A stretch of DNA of 64,000 bases from a virus. The stretch lies in the IMG/VR virus record IMGVR_UViG_3300009109_000001, positions 94,043 to 158,042 of that record; one strand, 5' to 3'. Under the pieces are notes generated by a model. It made no database searches. It was not told the DNA's origin and was given only the letters and a program-made list of their open reading frames with translations. Positions 16,829 through 27,182 of this stretch are shown piece by piece; position 1 is the stretch's first letter, and each line of letters begins with the position of its first letter. The position numbers and the translations under genes are program-made.

Positions 16829-17393
16829 TATAGATAAATTAACAAGCAAGTATCCAAATGCTAATTGGGAAAATGTTTTTAGTAAAGGACAGTTAGAAAG
16901 TAAATCATGGCTTGTTGATAAATTACTACACTGGGATGTGGATTTAGGCATTGTGTATATATGTGGTGGTTGGTATGGCCAATTGGCTTCTATGCTGTTT
17001 ATTAGTAAACTTCCTATTATTAGAATTTATTCGTATGACATAGATTCATTTTGCACCCAAATAGCAAATGATATGAATTCTTTCAAATACGTTAATAGGT
17101 TTATGGCAATAACAGAAGATATACATAATTTAGACTACAATAAGTGTGATACTATTATTAATACATCCTGTGAACATATAAAAAACTTTAGTGATTGGTA
17201 TGATAATATTCCAGATAACAAATTATTAGTATTGCAAAGTAATAATTTTAATGAATTAGAAGAACATGTTAATTGTGTTGATAGTTTAGAGGAATTTAAA
17301 CAACAATGTTATATAAGTAATCTCTTATACGGTGGGGAGTTGGATATTAATGTTGCAGGATATACTCGTTATATGTTAATAGGTAGAAAATGA
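16785..17393 (+). CDS. class I SAM-dependent methyltransferase-like protein
   Basis: FSKGQLESKSWL, ICGGWYG, YDID, IINTSCEH, LQSNN. Confidence 0.75.
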   Translation: MNSNETLTNTLRSHSIDKLTSKYPNANWENVFSKGQLESKSWLVDKLLHWDVDLGIVYICGGWYGQLASMLFISKLPIIRIYSYDIDSFCTQIANDMNSFKYVNRFMAITEDIHNLDYNKCDTIINTSCEHIKNFSDWYDNIPDNKLLVLQSNNFNELEEHVNCVDSLEEFKQQCYISNLLYGGELDINVAGYTRYMLIGRK

Positions 17394-17394
17394 A

Positions 17395-18132
17395 TTGGAT
17401 ATTATTTTCATTTCTTATAAAGAACCCAATGCTGAAGTAAATTATCAAGATTTGTTAAGTAAATTTCCTCATGCTAAAAGGGTTCATGGAGTAAGAGGGA
17501 TTTATGAGGCATATTATAAAGCATCTAAATTAAATGAGTCTGATTGCTTTATTACTGTAGATGGTGATACAGTGGTTTGGGATAATTTAAAAGATATAGA
17601 GTTTAATTTTACTAATGATAATCAATTAATTAGATATCCTACAAAAAATAGTATATTAGGTGCTACAGATGCAAGTGGATCTATAAAATGTTGGACTAAA
17701 AATACATTTAACTATATAACAAAAGATAACTTTAATAAAAATTTAGAATGGTATAGATGTGATAATATTGAACAAACTGATGGAAATGTTTGTGTTGGTG
17801 AAACTGTCATTAATAGTTCTACATATCAAGCATTTTGTGCAGGGTTTAGAGAAGCATTTAAAACACATTCGTTGTTTGGTGAACCTAGAATAAATTATAC
17901 ACTTTCATGGTGTATAAAACGAGAAGTAAAAAATGGAAAATCTTGTGCGTTTGGAGCAAGACTTGGCTTTTTATATGCTATAGATAATAAAATTAGTCTT
18001 CAAGACGTTAATGATTTTAAATTTTTAGAAGAGTTATTTACAAATTCTAATATTGAAAACTATATAGATGTAACTAATGAATTAAAAGAAAAATTATATC
18101 AAAAACAGTATAAAATAAAAATTACTATATGA
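17395..18132 (+). CDS. glycosyltransferase-like protein (paralogue of 25446-26369)
   Basis: DIIFISYKEPNA..AKRVHGVRGI..VDGD (DxD). Confidence 0.65.
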   Translation: MDIIFISYKEPNAEVNYQDLLSKFPHAKRVHGVRGIYEAYYKASKLNESDCFITVDGDTVVWDNLKDIEFNFTNDNQLIRYPTKNSILGATDASGSIKCWTKNTFNYITKDNFNKNLEWYRCDNIEQTDGNVCVGETVINSSTYQAFCAGFREAFKTHSLFGEPRINYTLSWCIKREVKNGKSCAFGARLGFLYAIDNKISLQDVNDFKFLEELFTNSNIENYIDVTNELKEKLYQKQYKIKITI

Positions 18133-19364
18133 ACATATTATTATTGTGCCATAGTAGAGGTTGGAATAAATGTACTGGTATGATTAAAGGGTTAAAACTT
18201 TTAAATCATAGAGTATTTCTTGTGTCAGATCATTATTGGCCAGATCAAATTGAAAGTTTTGAAATATATAGGGCGGAGTTGTTTATAAACTCGACATATG
18301 ATATTAAACAAATTCTATTAGATGTAAAAGAAGTAGATGTAGTTTACAGTCTTACTGAAGATCTGTTGCCATTACAATGCAAACTTGAGCAATATTATGG
18401 GTTAAGTAATTTATATTATGAAACAGCACAAGTGTTGTCTGATAAACAAAAGTTTGATAATCATTGTAAAGAAATAGGGTTTGGAGAACTTATACCAGAT
18501 AGTGTTATACCTGTATGTCATGAAGATTTAGATATATTTAAAGATAAAGGAATATTTGTTAAACCTACTGTTGGATCAGGTATGAGATGTTTAACTCCTT
18601 ATAAAGATTATGAATATACAAGTTTTAAAAATAAAAATAGTTTTATGAAAGAGTTAGGGCCAACATTTTTTAAAGATAATAAACAAGGATTTGCCCATCC
18701 AGATTTCAATAATATAAGATATCATTTAATGGCACAAGAATGTTTATCGATTAGTACACAAGTGTTTGGACTTTATACTCGTATTACGAAAAAAGGTATT
18801 CCTGAAATAATATTTTGGTTATCAATAAAGTTAGAAGATAATCAAGTTATTTCGCATCGTAGTATTAATGAAAATGAAGTACCTATTAAATTAGTAGAAA
18901 TTGCTAAACATTTTTTAAGTACATTTGTTACTTCATTAGAAATAAAAGATATGATATTTTCTGGCCCAGACTTTTATATGTATGATGGTAATATAAAAAT
19001 AATTGATTTAAATCCTCGTCCTGGTGGTGGTATATCTTTTATGGATCAAATACATGATAATGAATTGTTTTCATCTATATTACAAGATAAGTTTATTCCT
19101 TTAAGGAAACATTTTCTATGGACTATTGCTAATATAAAACCAGGAAAAATTAAAAGTATTAGTGATATATCTCATTTAAAACCTTATATAAGAGATACAA
19201 GTTTGCATCAATTAAAACCTGGTTATACGTTGCCTGAAAATATGTATATACCAAAAGGGATTGAGATTATGTTGTCAACAGATGAAAAAAATGGATCTAG
19301 TTTAGATAGTAAACATAGATCCATTTCAGAACAGTTACAGGCGTGTATTATATATGAAAATTAA
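18129..19364 (+). CDS. ATP-grasp-fold protein
   Basis: LSDKQKF, FVKPTVGSG, MAQECL, IIDLNPRPGGG. Confidence 0.8.
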   Translation: MNILLLCHSRGWNKCTGMIKGLKLLNHRVFLVSDHYWPDQIESFEIYRAELFINSTYDIKQILLDVKEVDVVYSLTEDLLPLQCKLEQYYGLSNLYYETAQVLSDKQKFDNHCKEIGFGELIPDSVIPVCHEDLDIFKDKGIFVKPTVGSGMRCLTPYKDYEYTSFKNKNSFMKELGPTFFKDNKQGFAHPDFNNIRYHLMAQECLSISTQVFGLYTRITKKGIPEIIFWLSIKLEDNQVISHRSINENEVPIKLVEIAKHFLSTFVTSLEIKDMIFSGPDFYMYDGNIKIIDLNPRPGGGISFMDQIHDNELFSSILQDKFIPLRKHFLWTIANIKPGKIKSISDISHLKPYIRDTSLHQLKPGYTLPENMYIPKGIEIMLSTDEKNGSSLDSKHRSISEQLQACIIYEN

Positions 19365-20131
19365 TTTGAAAAATTACTAATAGCACTATTAACTTTAGAA
19401 GTTATAGCACCACTATTAATTATATATGTCATAGTTCCACCAAATGCAGTTTCCCATGCTTCTGATTGTACTAGTTTAGCAACAACACTTCGAGCATTGT
19501 TTACGGCAGTTTTAGATGCGTTGATAGATACAATAACATCAACAAATGCAAAATCTAAATCTCCATTTGCACTAAATGCAAAGCATTTACCATCCGCTTC
19601 TACTTTAGCTTGTTTAGTTTGAGTTGTAAAAATAGTATCAGTGTCGTTTCCTAGATAACCTCTGGTAGTTGCACCACTTCCGTCATAAGGAACAATAACA
19701 AAATTTATATTATTGTCTTTTCCTACCCTATCAAGGAATTTTTTAACAGGGGGTGATTTCCCCCATGTTGCTATTTTAATTGTTTTACCAGACATGTCTG
19801 ACATTGAAGTAAAAGTGCGAGAACACATTATTGTTTCATATGTCATAATACCGATAATTGTATTTTCATTCATTTCTACTGATGGCATAGATGAATCGCC
19901 TGGCCACTCTGTACTCCACATAGTAAGTACATTTTTATTATTAAAATGACTGGCCGCAACTACAGGATTATTGGCCTGTATAAATTTACTATCAACTTGA
20001 TTGCCAATCATTGACAATACTGCTTTAAAATCTCCTGAGTCGCTACCAGCATTTACGATTGTATAACTGTCATCTGCTGTAGCTGAAAAAGAAGTTAAAA
20101 GCATAGATAGTGCTACTATAACTTTTTTCAT
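19361..20131 (-). CDS. periplasmic substrate-binding protein, TctC/Bug-like
   Basis: Signal peptide; IVPYDGSGATTRGYLGNDTD resembles the TctC VPYxG motif; near tctA. Confidence 0.65.
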   Translation of the reverse strand: MKKVIVALSMLLTSFSATADDSYTIVNAGSDSGDFKAVLSMIGNQVDSKFIQANNPVVAASHFNNKNVLTMWSTEWPGDSSMPSVEMNENTIIGIMTYETIMCSRTFTSMSDMSGKTIKIATWGKSPPVKKFLDRVGKDNNINFVIVPYDGSGATTRGYLGNDTDTIFTTQTKQAKVEADGKCFAFSANGDLDFAFVDVIVSINASKTAVNNARSVVAKLVQSEAWETAFGGTMTYIINSGAITSKVNSAISNFSN

Positions 20132-20209
20132 TGATTTAACTCCTTGTTGTAATTGATATCAACTAATTTTATTTACTTTATTATTGATATATGGTACCAA
20201 TTCTTGGTA

Positions 20210-20860
20210 TTAGTTAAATAGATAATGATCGTTACCAAAATCTTCCTTTTGTCTATATCCTAATTCTGTTAAAAAAATGTAGGCATCCTTATTTACTATC
20301 TCAATGTAAATTGGTGGTTTAAATTTTCTTATTGTTTTCTCTGCACCTTTTAATGCCTCTAATTCGTGACTTTCCACATCCATTTTAATAAAATCCACAT
20401 TATGAAAATCATAACTATCTATTGTTTTAGTGTTAACAGATATATCTTTTGGAGTCTGTATAACTTTTTTCTTTGTAAGTTTTTTAAATTCTATTTCCAT
20501 TTCTTCAGCATTATAGTGTAAGGTAGACATACCAGTGAAATAATTTATATATTTCATAGTTGCTGTGCCTGCCCTGTCAGAAATTGCCACTTTGTTTAAA
20601 CTTGCATTCTTTTCTAATACATTTGTTTCCCAACATTCTATATGTTGTGGTATTGGTTCAAATGCTATCACTTTTGTAAATTCATAGGCAAGTCTTTTGG
20701 ACCAAATGCCTACATGAGCACCAATATCTAAAGCTATATTCTTATTAACAATTTGTTTTATTGTAGATAAGTAAGGATTAAATTCGTAATTAGCACTCCA
20801 ACGCCAACCACAATGATCTTCTTCTGGTATATAAAAATGTTTATCGTTTGTTAATTTCAT
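20210..20860 (-). CDS. FkbM-family methyltransferase
   Basis: LDIGAHVGIWS, AFEP, DFIKMDVESHE, KPPIYIE. Confidence 0.9.
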   Translation of the reverse strand: MKLTNDKHFYIPEEDHCGWRWSANYEFNPYLSTIKQIVNKNIALDIGAHVGIWSKRLAYEFTKVIAFEPIPQHIECWETNVLEKNASLNKVAISDRAGTATMKYINYFTGMSTLHYNAEEMEIEFKKLTKKKVIQTPKDISVNTKTIDSYDFHNVDFIKMDVESHELEALKGAEKTIRKFKPPIYIEIVNKDAYIFLTELGYRQKEDFGNDHYLFN

Positions 20861-22143
20861 TGATATATTATTATTATTCTTATTGCGTTATCCCAAAATA
20901 AGTCAGTTAAAAAGAACCCATATATTACTGGAAATGTATCTAAATTTCTCATATAATATCCTAGTATAGTTAATACTATTAAACAAATAAGCATCCACTC
21001 TGCTACTGGATAAATTTGAATACTCATTATACATATTATGCTTACAATACCAATGCTCACTATATTTTTGTGTTCTTTATAAAGATATGCTATTTTACCT
21101 AACATGTTAAAACCTGTCCATGATAATAATAGACAAATTAGTATTATAACTGGAATACAATAAAGTATAGAGAAAAATTCTGATTTAATTGTCTCTAAAT
21201 TGAATATATAACCTTGAGACATCATCAAATAGTATATTAGTACCTCACTTCCTACAATTGGTATGCCAAGTATCAGTAATGGTAATAAACTACTCAATGC
21301 TCCACTGTTATTTGCCGCCTCGGCCGCTGAAATACTTTTTAAGTTTGGCATTCTAAAGAATTTTTTTACTAAATTCGCACTAACAAAACTTCCTAGAATA
21401 TTAGTAATGCCAGGTATAAGTCCGCACCAGAATCCAACAACACTTCCTAACATTGTTGCAGGTAACGTATTTTTTCCTATAGCAAATTTAGTTATTTTTT
21501 TAGGTGTACTGATAGTTAAATTTTTAAATTTTAATATTTCAGGAATAATATACAAGCCTATCATTACACTACTAAAAGGTATGCCCAAAGTTAAGTAATC
21601 TATACCAAATGTGCCCCATGTTTCATATGTAGTATTATTAAATCCAATTTTGGCAAGCACACCTCCTAATATAAAAAGAAGCAATGTTTTATATATTTGT
21701 TGTTTTGTGTATAATGTTATTAGTATAATTGCTAAACCAATAACAATTAATTGAATAGTACTATTGTAAAATTTAAAAATATGTAATATTTGTGGGAAAA
21801 ATAGTAGAAATACTCCTACGGCAAATATAGAACCTATACTGCTTGCTATTGCGTTGCTACTTACAGCAAGATGGCCAACTCCTTTTGTAAATAATTTATG
21901 ACCAATTCTTGCAGTAGTAACTGCTGTCGCGTCACCAGGAATTCCATAAAGTATAGCAGTAACACTGTTTGTATAATTTGATGTTATTATGAGTGCTATA
22001 TAAAATGCTAAAATATTAATTGGCTCAGTGTTTGCCAATATAGCATAAACTGTTGCTATTGCTAAAAATGGACCAGCGCCGGGAATGATTCCAAAAATTA
22101 TTCCACTTGCTATGCCAAATAAAGACCACAATAATAGAATCAC
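20857..22143 (-). CDS. tripartite tricarboxylate transporter permease TctA-like
   Basis: GIIPGAG, AILYGIPGDA, GLIPGI, SAAEAANNS, LPLLILGIP. Confidence 0.88.
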   Translation of the reverse strand: MILLLWSLFGIASGIIFGIIPGAGPFLAIATVYAILANTEPINILAFYIALIITSNYTNSVTAILYGIPGDATAVTTARIGHKLFTKGVGHLAVSSNAIASSIGSIFAVGVFLLFFPQILHIFKFYNSTIQLIVIGLAIILITLYTKQQIYKTLLLFILGGVLAKIGFNNTTYETWGTFGIDYLTLGIPFSSVMIGLYIIPEILKFKNLTISTPKKITKFAIGKNTLPATMLGSVVGFWCGLIPGITNILGSFVSANLVKKFFRMPNLKSISAAEAANNSGALSSLLPLLILGIPIVGSEVLIYYLMMSQGYIFNLETIKSEFFSILYCIPVIILICLLLSWTGFNMLGKIAYLYKEHKNIVSIGIVSIICIMSIQIYPVAEWMLICLIVLTILGYYMRNLDTFPVIYGFFLTDLFWDNAIRIIIIYQ

Positions 22144-22778
22144 TGTACATGACCAAGATCTAATACTTTTTGAAATAAATGTTTATCAAATTTTAAACAA
22201 ATAACTAATAACATCATATTATTTGCTACTGAGTGAACACTGTGTCTTTTGTTACCATTAAAATACCAAATACTGCCGTTTCTGCCTTTTATGATTTTAT
22301 CATCATATATCCATTTGAATTGATATTCGTTAGCATTAACAAAGCCAACTAGTCTAATTTCTTCGTAAGTATAATCTTCTTTATTAATATCAAAATGGTC
22401 TGGAAAAAAACTTCCTGAATCCATACGAAGAAAATGACATCGACCTAACCATGGTTTCCATGGTTCTAAAAGATTTTGTAATTCCTCGCAATGATCATAT
22501 ACAGGGGTTGTTACGTTAATATCATGATTATGTATTACTTGCCCTGTTTCTATTTCATAATCTCTTAAACTTGTTAAATCAGGAACACCGTGGAGACCAC
22601 CATCAATGCTGGTCACACTTAATCCCCATCTGTTATTTGGTTTACTAGGGTTATAACGTTTCCAGTTAAGTTTGAATATTTCTAATTCTTTTAATAACTT
22701 TTTATGGTTAAATCTATTCAGTTCAATCCAATCAACCATAGAATATAATCGTAAAAGTGCTTTATCATCATCATTCAT
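22140..22778 (-). CDS. putative 2OG-Fe(II)/cupin oxygenase
   Basis: FFPDHFD (HxD), WYFNGNKRHSV. Confidence 0.65.
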   Translation of the reverse strand: MNDDDKALLRLYSMVDWIELNRFNHKKLLKELEIFKLNWKRYNPSKPNNRWGLSVTSIDGGLHGVPDLTSLRDYEIETGQVIHNHDINVTTPVYDHCEELQNLLEPWKPWLGRCHFLRMDSGSFFPDHFDINKEDYTYEEIRLVGFVNANEYQFKWIYDDKIIKGRNGSIWYFNGNKRHSVHSVANNMMLLVICLKFDKHLFQKVLDLGHVQ

Positions 22779-22795
22779 ACGTTTATAATGTAAAT

Positions 22796-23095
22796 TTATA
22801 AAGAAATTTTCTCAAACTTTAGTGTAACATCTTTAGATGGTGTTATTCCCATAACCAGAGACATATATTCATTATATTTTGCTTCATCTACGAATTCTCT
22901 TGTAGTTATGACTGATAATCCATCTTCTGCTAATTCTTGACTTTTAGATATTACTCTGTCAGTTTCATATTCTTCTCTTTTAGAAGATACATCATCTAAA
23001 TATTCGCTATGATCATTCCAAAAATCAGTAGTTGAACTGTAAACTTTTTCTGCATCTAATAGAGATGTTATTTTATATTTGACTGTGTGTGGCAT
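22796..23095 (-). CDS. hypothetical protein
   Basis: ORF track; SD GAGG. Confidence 0.65.
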   Translation of the reverse strand: MPHTVKYKITSLLDAEKVYSSTTDFWNDHSEYLDDVSSKREEYETDRVISKSQELAEDGLSVITTREFVDEAKYNEYMSLVMGITPSKDVTLKFEKISL

Positions 23096-23176
23096 TATTA
23101 TTCCTCTTTCCTTGACAATATCATTGAAATATAATATAATAGTATATGTTAAGTATATTTATAGTTAAATATTAAC

Positions 23177-23989
23177 ATGTCAAAGATTATAGTAGTCTCA
23201 GGCGGTTTCGATCCTATTCACAAAGGACATATCGCTTTATTTAATTCAGCCAAAGCACTAGGAGATAAACTCGTAGTGGCGTTAAACAGTGATAAGTGGC
23301 TTCAACGCAAAAAAGGCAGGTCTTTTATGTTATTTGAGGAAAGACGCCTTATTGTACGCAATTTACAAATGGTGGATGAAGTTTTCTCGTTTAATGATAA
23401 TGACAATACTGCTATAGATGCATTAAACAAAGTTAAAAGACATTACCCTGATGACACAATTGTATTTGCTAATGGTGGAGATCGTGGTAAAGATAATGTT
23501 CCAGAACAAGAAGTAGAGGGTGTAGAATTTGTGTTTAGTATTGGCGGTGATGACAAGAAAAACTCCTCAAGTGACTTAATTAAGAATTATAAATTTGGTA
23601 TGTCGTATGAGGAATTTGGTTATTATAATGTATTGTACAATGACACAACATGTCGTGTAAAGGAAGTACATTTAGATCCCGGCGCAACAATGCAAATGGA
23701 ACGTCATAAGAAGAAAAGTGAATTTTGGTTTGTTGCTAAAGGTGATTGTCAAGTAGAATATGCTTGGCCAGAAGATGTTAATAAACTAAAAACCCGCTCA
23801 TTAACAAAGTATATGCATTTTTATGTTCCATCAGGACAATTTCACCGTATATATAACGAAACAAAACTCCCTTGCAAAATATTAGTTATGGAATACAGTC
23901 CTACAGCAGATGTTAGATTTGATGATGACTGCGAACTAATTGAGAATTATTACAATCCCGTTCCTATTACAAGCACAGCATTTTTATGA
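23177..23989 (+). CDS. cytidylyltransferase fused to a mannose-6-phosphate-isomerase-type cupin
   Basis: SGGFDPIHKGH (HxGH), FANGGDR, KKNSSS; C-terminal RHKKKSEFWFV...HRIYN. Confidence 0.88.
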   Translation: MSKIIVVSGGFDPIHKGHIALFNSAKALGDKLVVALNSDKWLQRKKGRSFMLFEERRLIVRNLQMVDEVFSFNDNDNTAIDALNKVKRHYPDDTIVFANGGDRGKDNVPEQEVEGVEFVFSIGGDDKKNSSSDLIKNYKFGMSYEEFGYYNVLYNDTTCRVKEVHLDPGATMQMERHKKKSEFWFVAKGDCQVEYAWPEDVNKLKTRSLTKYMHFYVPSGQFHRIYNETKLPCKILVMEYSPTADVRFDDDCELIENYYNPVPITSTAFL

Positions 23990-24002
23990 AACTAAATAGT
24001 TT

Positions 24003-24296
24003 ATGCGCTGGACACGAGAAACAAGAGAAGAACGAGCAATTAGACTGAGCCAATGGCATGAATGGTTTGCGTGGCGTCCAATACGCATGTGGAAATTAAA
24101 TCCAAGAAAATCCCATAGAACACAGAAAGAAGTACAAATGTTAGAACACTCTAATCAAGTGATATGGTTAGAACGTGTTATGAGAAAGTTTGAAGGTGAT
24201 ACTAAAATTTATGCAGGTTCATTAAAAGAAGTAACAATGATACAATTAGCAGACCCAGTAATTAAACATAGAGTAATTATTCGAGAGGATGATTGA
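24003..24296 (+). CDS. hypothetical protein
   Basis: WHEWFAWRPI; TAAATA upstream. Confidence 0.65.
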   Translation: MRWTRETREERAIRLSQWHEWFAWRPIRMWKLNPRKSHRTQKEVQMLEHSNQVIWLERVMRKFEGDTKIYAGSLKEVTMIQLADPVIKHRVIIREDD

Positions 24297-24499
24297 TGCC
24301 AACTTATGAATACAAATGTGAAGACGATAATTGCGAACATACCCTAGAAATAACACAATCCATTAAGGATGAGCCAATAGAATTTTGCCCAAATTGTGGC
24401 GAGAAAACATTTAAAAGAGTACCCTCATTATCATCATTTATTTTAAAAGGAGATGGTTGGTATAAAAACACCACTAAACCTTCTAGCAATGACTCGTAA
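24293..24499 (+). CDS. FmdB-family zinc-ribbon protein
   Basis: MPTYEYKC..C...CPNCG...FILKGDGWY. Confidence 0.88.
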   Translation: MMPTYEYKCEDDNCEHTLEITQSIKDEPIEFCPNCGEKTFKRVPSLSSFILKGDGWYKNTTKPSSNDS

Positions 24500-24510
24500 A
24501 TACGAATATA

Positions 24511-25158
24511 ATGGTTACCTTAGAAGTAAATTCTTTGGCAACACTACTCACAAGTCACTCAACAATGAAGAAAGATAGAATCATATTAACCGATGTTGAT
24601 GGTGTCTTGCTAGACTGGGAATTCGCGTTTCATACGTGGATGGAAGAGCACGGACACACAGCAGAAGATGGGCATAAACTAGTTTATAGCGTAGCAAAGC
24701 GTTTTGGTATAACTGGTACAAATGCTAAAAAATTAACAGAGTTTTTTAATGAGAGTGCTTCAATAGGTTTCCTCCCCCCATTACGAGATGCTATGTTTTA
24801 TGTAAAAAAATTACATGAGCAACATGGTTACGCATTTCACGCAATTACATCATTAAGTTTGAATAGACACGCGATACGTTTAAGAGAACAGAATTTAGCC
24901 AAATTGTTTGGTGAAACCGCATTTGAAAAAGTAGTTTGTTTAGATACTGGCGTTGATAAAGATGACGCATTAGAACCTTATAGGGACTCAGGATGCTGGT
25001 GGATAGAAGATAAAATGAAAAATGTAGATACTGGCGAAAAAATGGGGTTGCGTGGTATACTAATGGAACATGGTCATAATATGGATTATCCAGGCCCTGC
25101 TTTAGTTGCTAAAAATTGGAAAGATATTTACAACTTTATTACTAACCCTTCATCATAA
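24511..25158 (+). CDS. HAD-superfamily 5'(3')-deoxyribonucleotidase-like protein
   Basis: LTDVDGVLLDW, AITS, WIEDK; alternative start at 24565. Confidence 0.85.
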   Translation: MVTLEVNSLATLLTSHSTMKKDRIILTDVDGVLLDWEFAFHTWMEEHGHTAEDGHKLVYSVAKRFGITGTNAKKLTEFFNESASIGFLPPLRDAMFYVKKLHEQHGYAFHAITSLSLNRHAIRLREQNLAKLFGETAFEKVVCLDTGVDKDDALEPYRDSGCWWIEDKMKNVDTGEKMGLRGILMEHGHNMDYPGPALVAKNWKDIYNFITNPSS

Positions 25159-25471
25159 AGGATTCACCACACCCACAAGATGCAGTATCTGGGATGGTAA
25201 CTTTAAATGCTGGCATAAAATCACCAGTATAATCAATTGTTGCACCAGTCATATGTGTAATTGTAAATTTATCAATGAGGAATTGTTTACTCTCACCTAA
25301 ATCAAAAGTAATATCACCATCTTCTAACTCGTCAGAATTTTCCCATTTGCCAATTAAGCCTGAGCACCCGCCGCCATCAAGTGAATAGCGGACGTATGGT
25401 ACGTCATTTTTAGTAGCAACTGTTAGTAACTGTTTTTTTGCTGTTTCAGTTAGTATTATGTTGTGTTCCAT
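25142..25471 (-). CDS. HesB/IscA Fe-S carrier protein
   Basis: GGGCSG, ATIDY, SCGCGESF. Confidence 0.9.
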   Translation of the reverse strand: MEHNIILTETAKKQLLTVATKNDVPYVRYSLDGGGCSGLIGKWENSDELEDGDITFDLGESKQFLIDKFTITHMTGATIDYTGDFMPAFKVTIPDTASCGCGESFMMKG

Positions 25472-26369
25472 ATTCTTTCTCAAAAGTTTCTCTTAACCAA
25501 TCATAATTGTCTGAAGTATTTCTGTATTCCTCTATCCAATTATTACATATTTTAGCACATTTTATGCCGTATGTCACTCCTTCTATACAGTATTTACCAT
25601 TTTTTTGCTCATATCCTACACTAGACCATTTATCTAATCTTATAGTATAATCATTATGGTTTTGTTTATTTGTCTCATTAAGAAGTTTATAAGTTAGTCT
25701 ATTTCCAATTCTAAATCCTGTTTTCCATGAGTCATATGGCGAGGTATTAAAAAAACTTATGCTTGCTATGTTATTTTCTTGCCATGAACCCCACATTTTC
25801 CAATAATCTTCCTCAATTATAGTTTCATCAAATATTTCATATGTATTATCGATGTCATAATTATTAGGCAGTTTGAATTTTTCAAATAAGTTATAATTGT
25901 TTGTGCTTTTACAAACTAAAGCCACAGGACTATGATTAAGTATCTCACCATTTACCGGATTTAATGAATTCCAATTAATATTATGTTTTCTTTTAACATA
26001 TTCATAACTAATTTCGTCATTAGTTAATGTGGTTAAGTGTTTAGTCCATTTTTGCGGTGGTTTAAAGTTAAAATCCTTACATACCATAGAATCTCCTTCA
26101 ACTATAAAGTAGTATGGAGTTTCTGTTATTTCCCTACACGCATTATACGCATTAAGTATTCCTTTAACACCATTTACACGTTTAGCGTTAGGTACACGTT
26201 TTTTTAATAATTTATAATGTTTATCAGCATCTTTCTCATTATAACTCATAAACACTACGTCTAAATGTGGATTTGGTATAGGTCTTACGTCAGAAAAATC
26301 AGAATTGTATTCAATAAATTTATTAACAGTTTCTAAGTCAATATATTGTTTGGTTAAATCTAACTTCAT
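25446..26369 (-). CDS. glycosyltransferase-like protein (paralogue of 17395-18132)
   Basis: DVVFMSYNE...AKRVNGVKGI...VEGD; start trimmed to MKLDL, 5 nt after TAAATA. Confidence 0.65.
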   Translation of the reverse strand: MKLDLTKQYIDLETVNKFIEYNSDFSDVRPIPNPHLDVVFMSYNEKDADKHYKLLKKRVPNAKRVNGVKGILNAYNACREITETPYYFIVEGDSMVCKDFNFKPPQKWTKHLTTLTNDEISYEYVKRKHNINWNSLNPVNGEILNHSPVALVCKSTNNYNLFEKFKLPNNYDIDNTYEIFDETIIEEDYWKMWGSWQENNIASISFFNTSPYDSWKTGFRIGNRLTYKLLNETNKQNHNDYTIRLDKWSSVGYEQKNGKYCIEGVTYGIKCAKICNNWIEEYRNTSDNYDWLRETFEKEYGTQHNTN

Positions 26370-26408
26370 ATTAATATTTAATAAATACATATAAATGGAA
26401 ACATTATT

Positions 26409-26843
26409 ATGAGCACACAGATGAAAGATATTCTAACAACGTTAGAGTTACTTACGAAAGAAAAAATTGATCCTGAAACAATATTAGAAGAGGGTGAAAT
26501 AGAACAAACTCTTAAGTTAGATGAAGATGGAGAATTGTTGCCTGGCCAGCAATTAGACGAAGCATTTACCAAGCAACATTTTGAATTATTTGCTGATATG
26601 TTAAAAAGTATTAGTGATAATGATACTCGTGATGACTATGCGAGTCGTTTAGTAGCAATGTTTGAGAAGGATAATCCTCGCTTTAATAAAGAAATGTTTC
26701 TACAAGCCGCAGGTATTGATACTGCTGATGAAAAAACAGAACTTGTATATGATGAACATGGGAGTGTACATCAAATTAGACCATCTGAAGTAGATGCTTT
26801 CTTACAAGGTCATCCTGGTCGTGGTTTAGCAGAGTCAGTATAA
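26409..26843 (+). CDS. acidic hypothetical protein with several L-x-E sites (candidate head internal protein)
   Basis: MKDILTTLE, ILEE, LDEA, LAES. Confidence 0.6.
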   Translation: MSTQMKDILTTLELLTKEKIDPETILEEGEIEQTLKLDEDGELLPGQQLDEAFTKQHFELFADMLKSISDNDTRDDYASRLVAMFEKDNPRFNKEMFLQAAGIDTADEKTELVYDEHGSVHQIRPSEVDAFLQGHPGRGLAESV

Positions 26844-26873
26844 CTCAATAACATTAATTAAGGGAGATGGTTA

Positions 26874-27146
26874 ATGGCTGGACACTTAAAAAATGCCGCG
26901 ATCGCGGCGAATCGTAAATGTAATTTTTCTTATTACTGCTATCACGCATGGATAGCATGTAGAGCAGGTGCTTTATTGGGTTATTTGTCAATAATGTCAT
27001 TTGTTCACGCATTTTTTCCATTTGTATATGCTGGATTTGGATTAGCAAAATTAATTGTACGTAATACTAATAATATCCGTAGATCTATCCCAAATTGGGA
27101 AGGCTGGAAAGAGTTAGATAACTGGAACGACGAGAAATACAAATAA
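26874..27146 (+). CDS. small hypothetical membrane-associated protein
   Basis: HL...Y.YH...VHAFFPF; SD GGGAG. Confidence 0.6.
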   Translation: MAGHLKNAAIAANRKCNFSYYCYHAWIACRAGALLGYLSIMSFVHAFFPFVYAGFGLAKLIVRNTNNIRRSIPNWEGWKELDNWNDEKYK

Positions 27147-27147
27147 C

Positions 27148-27176
27148 TTGACATTTTACACGATTTGCTATAGAAT
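27148..27176 (+). promoter_or_regulatory. sigma70 promoter, predicted leaderless start
   Basis: TTGACA-N17-TAGAAT, 6 nt before ATG 27183. Confidence 0.75.
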
Positions 27177-27182
27177 CATAGC

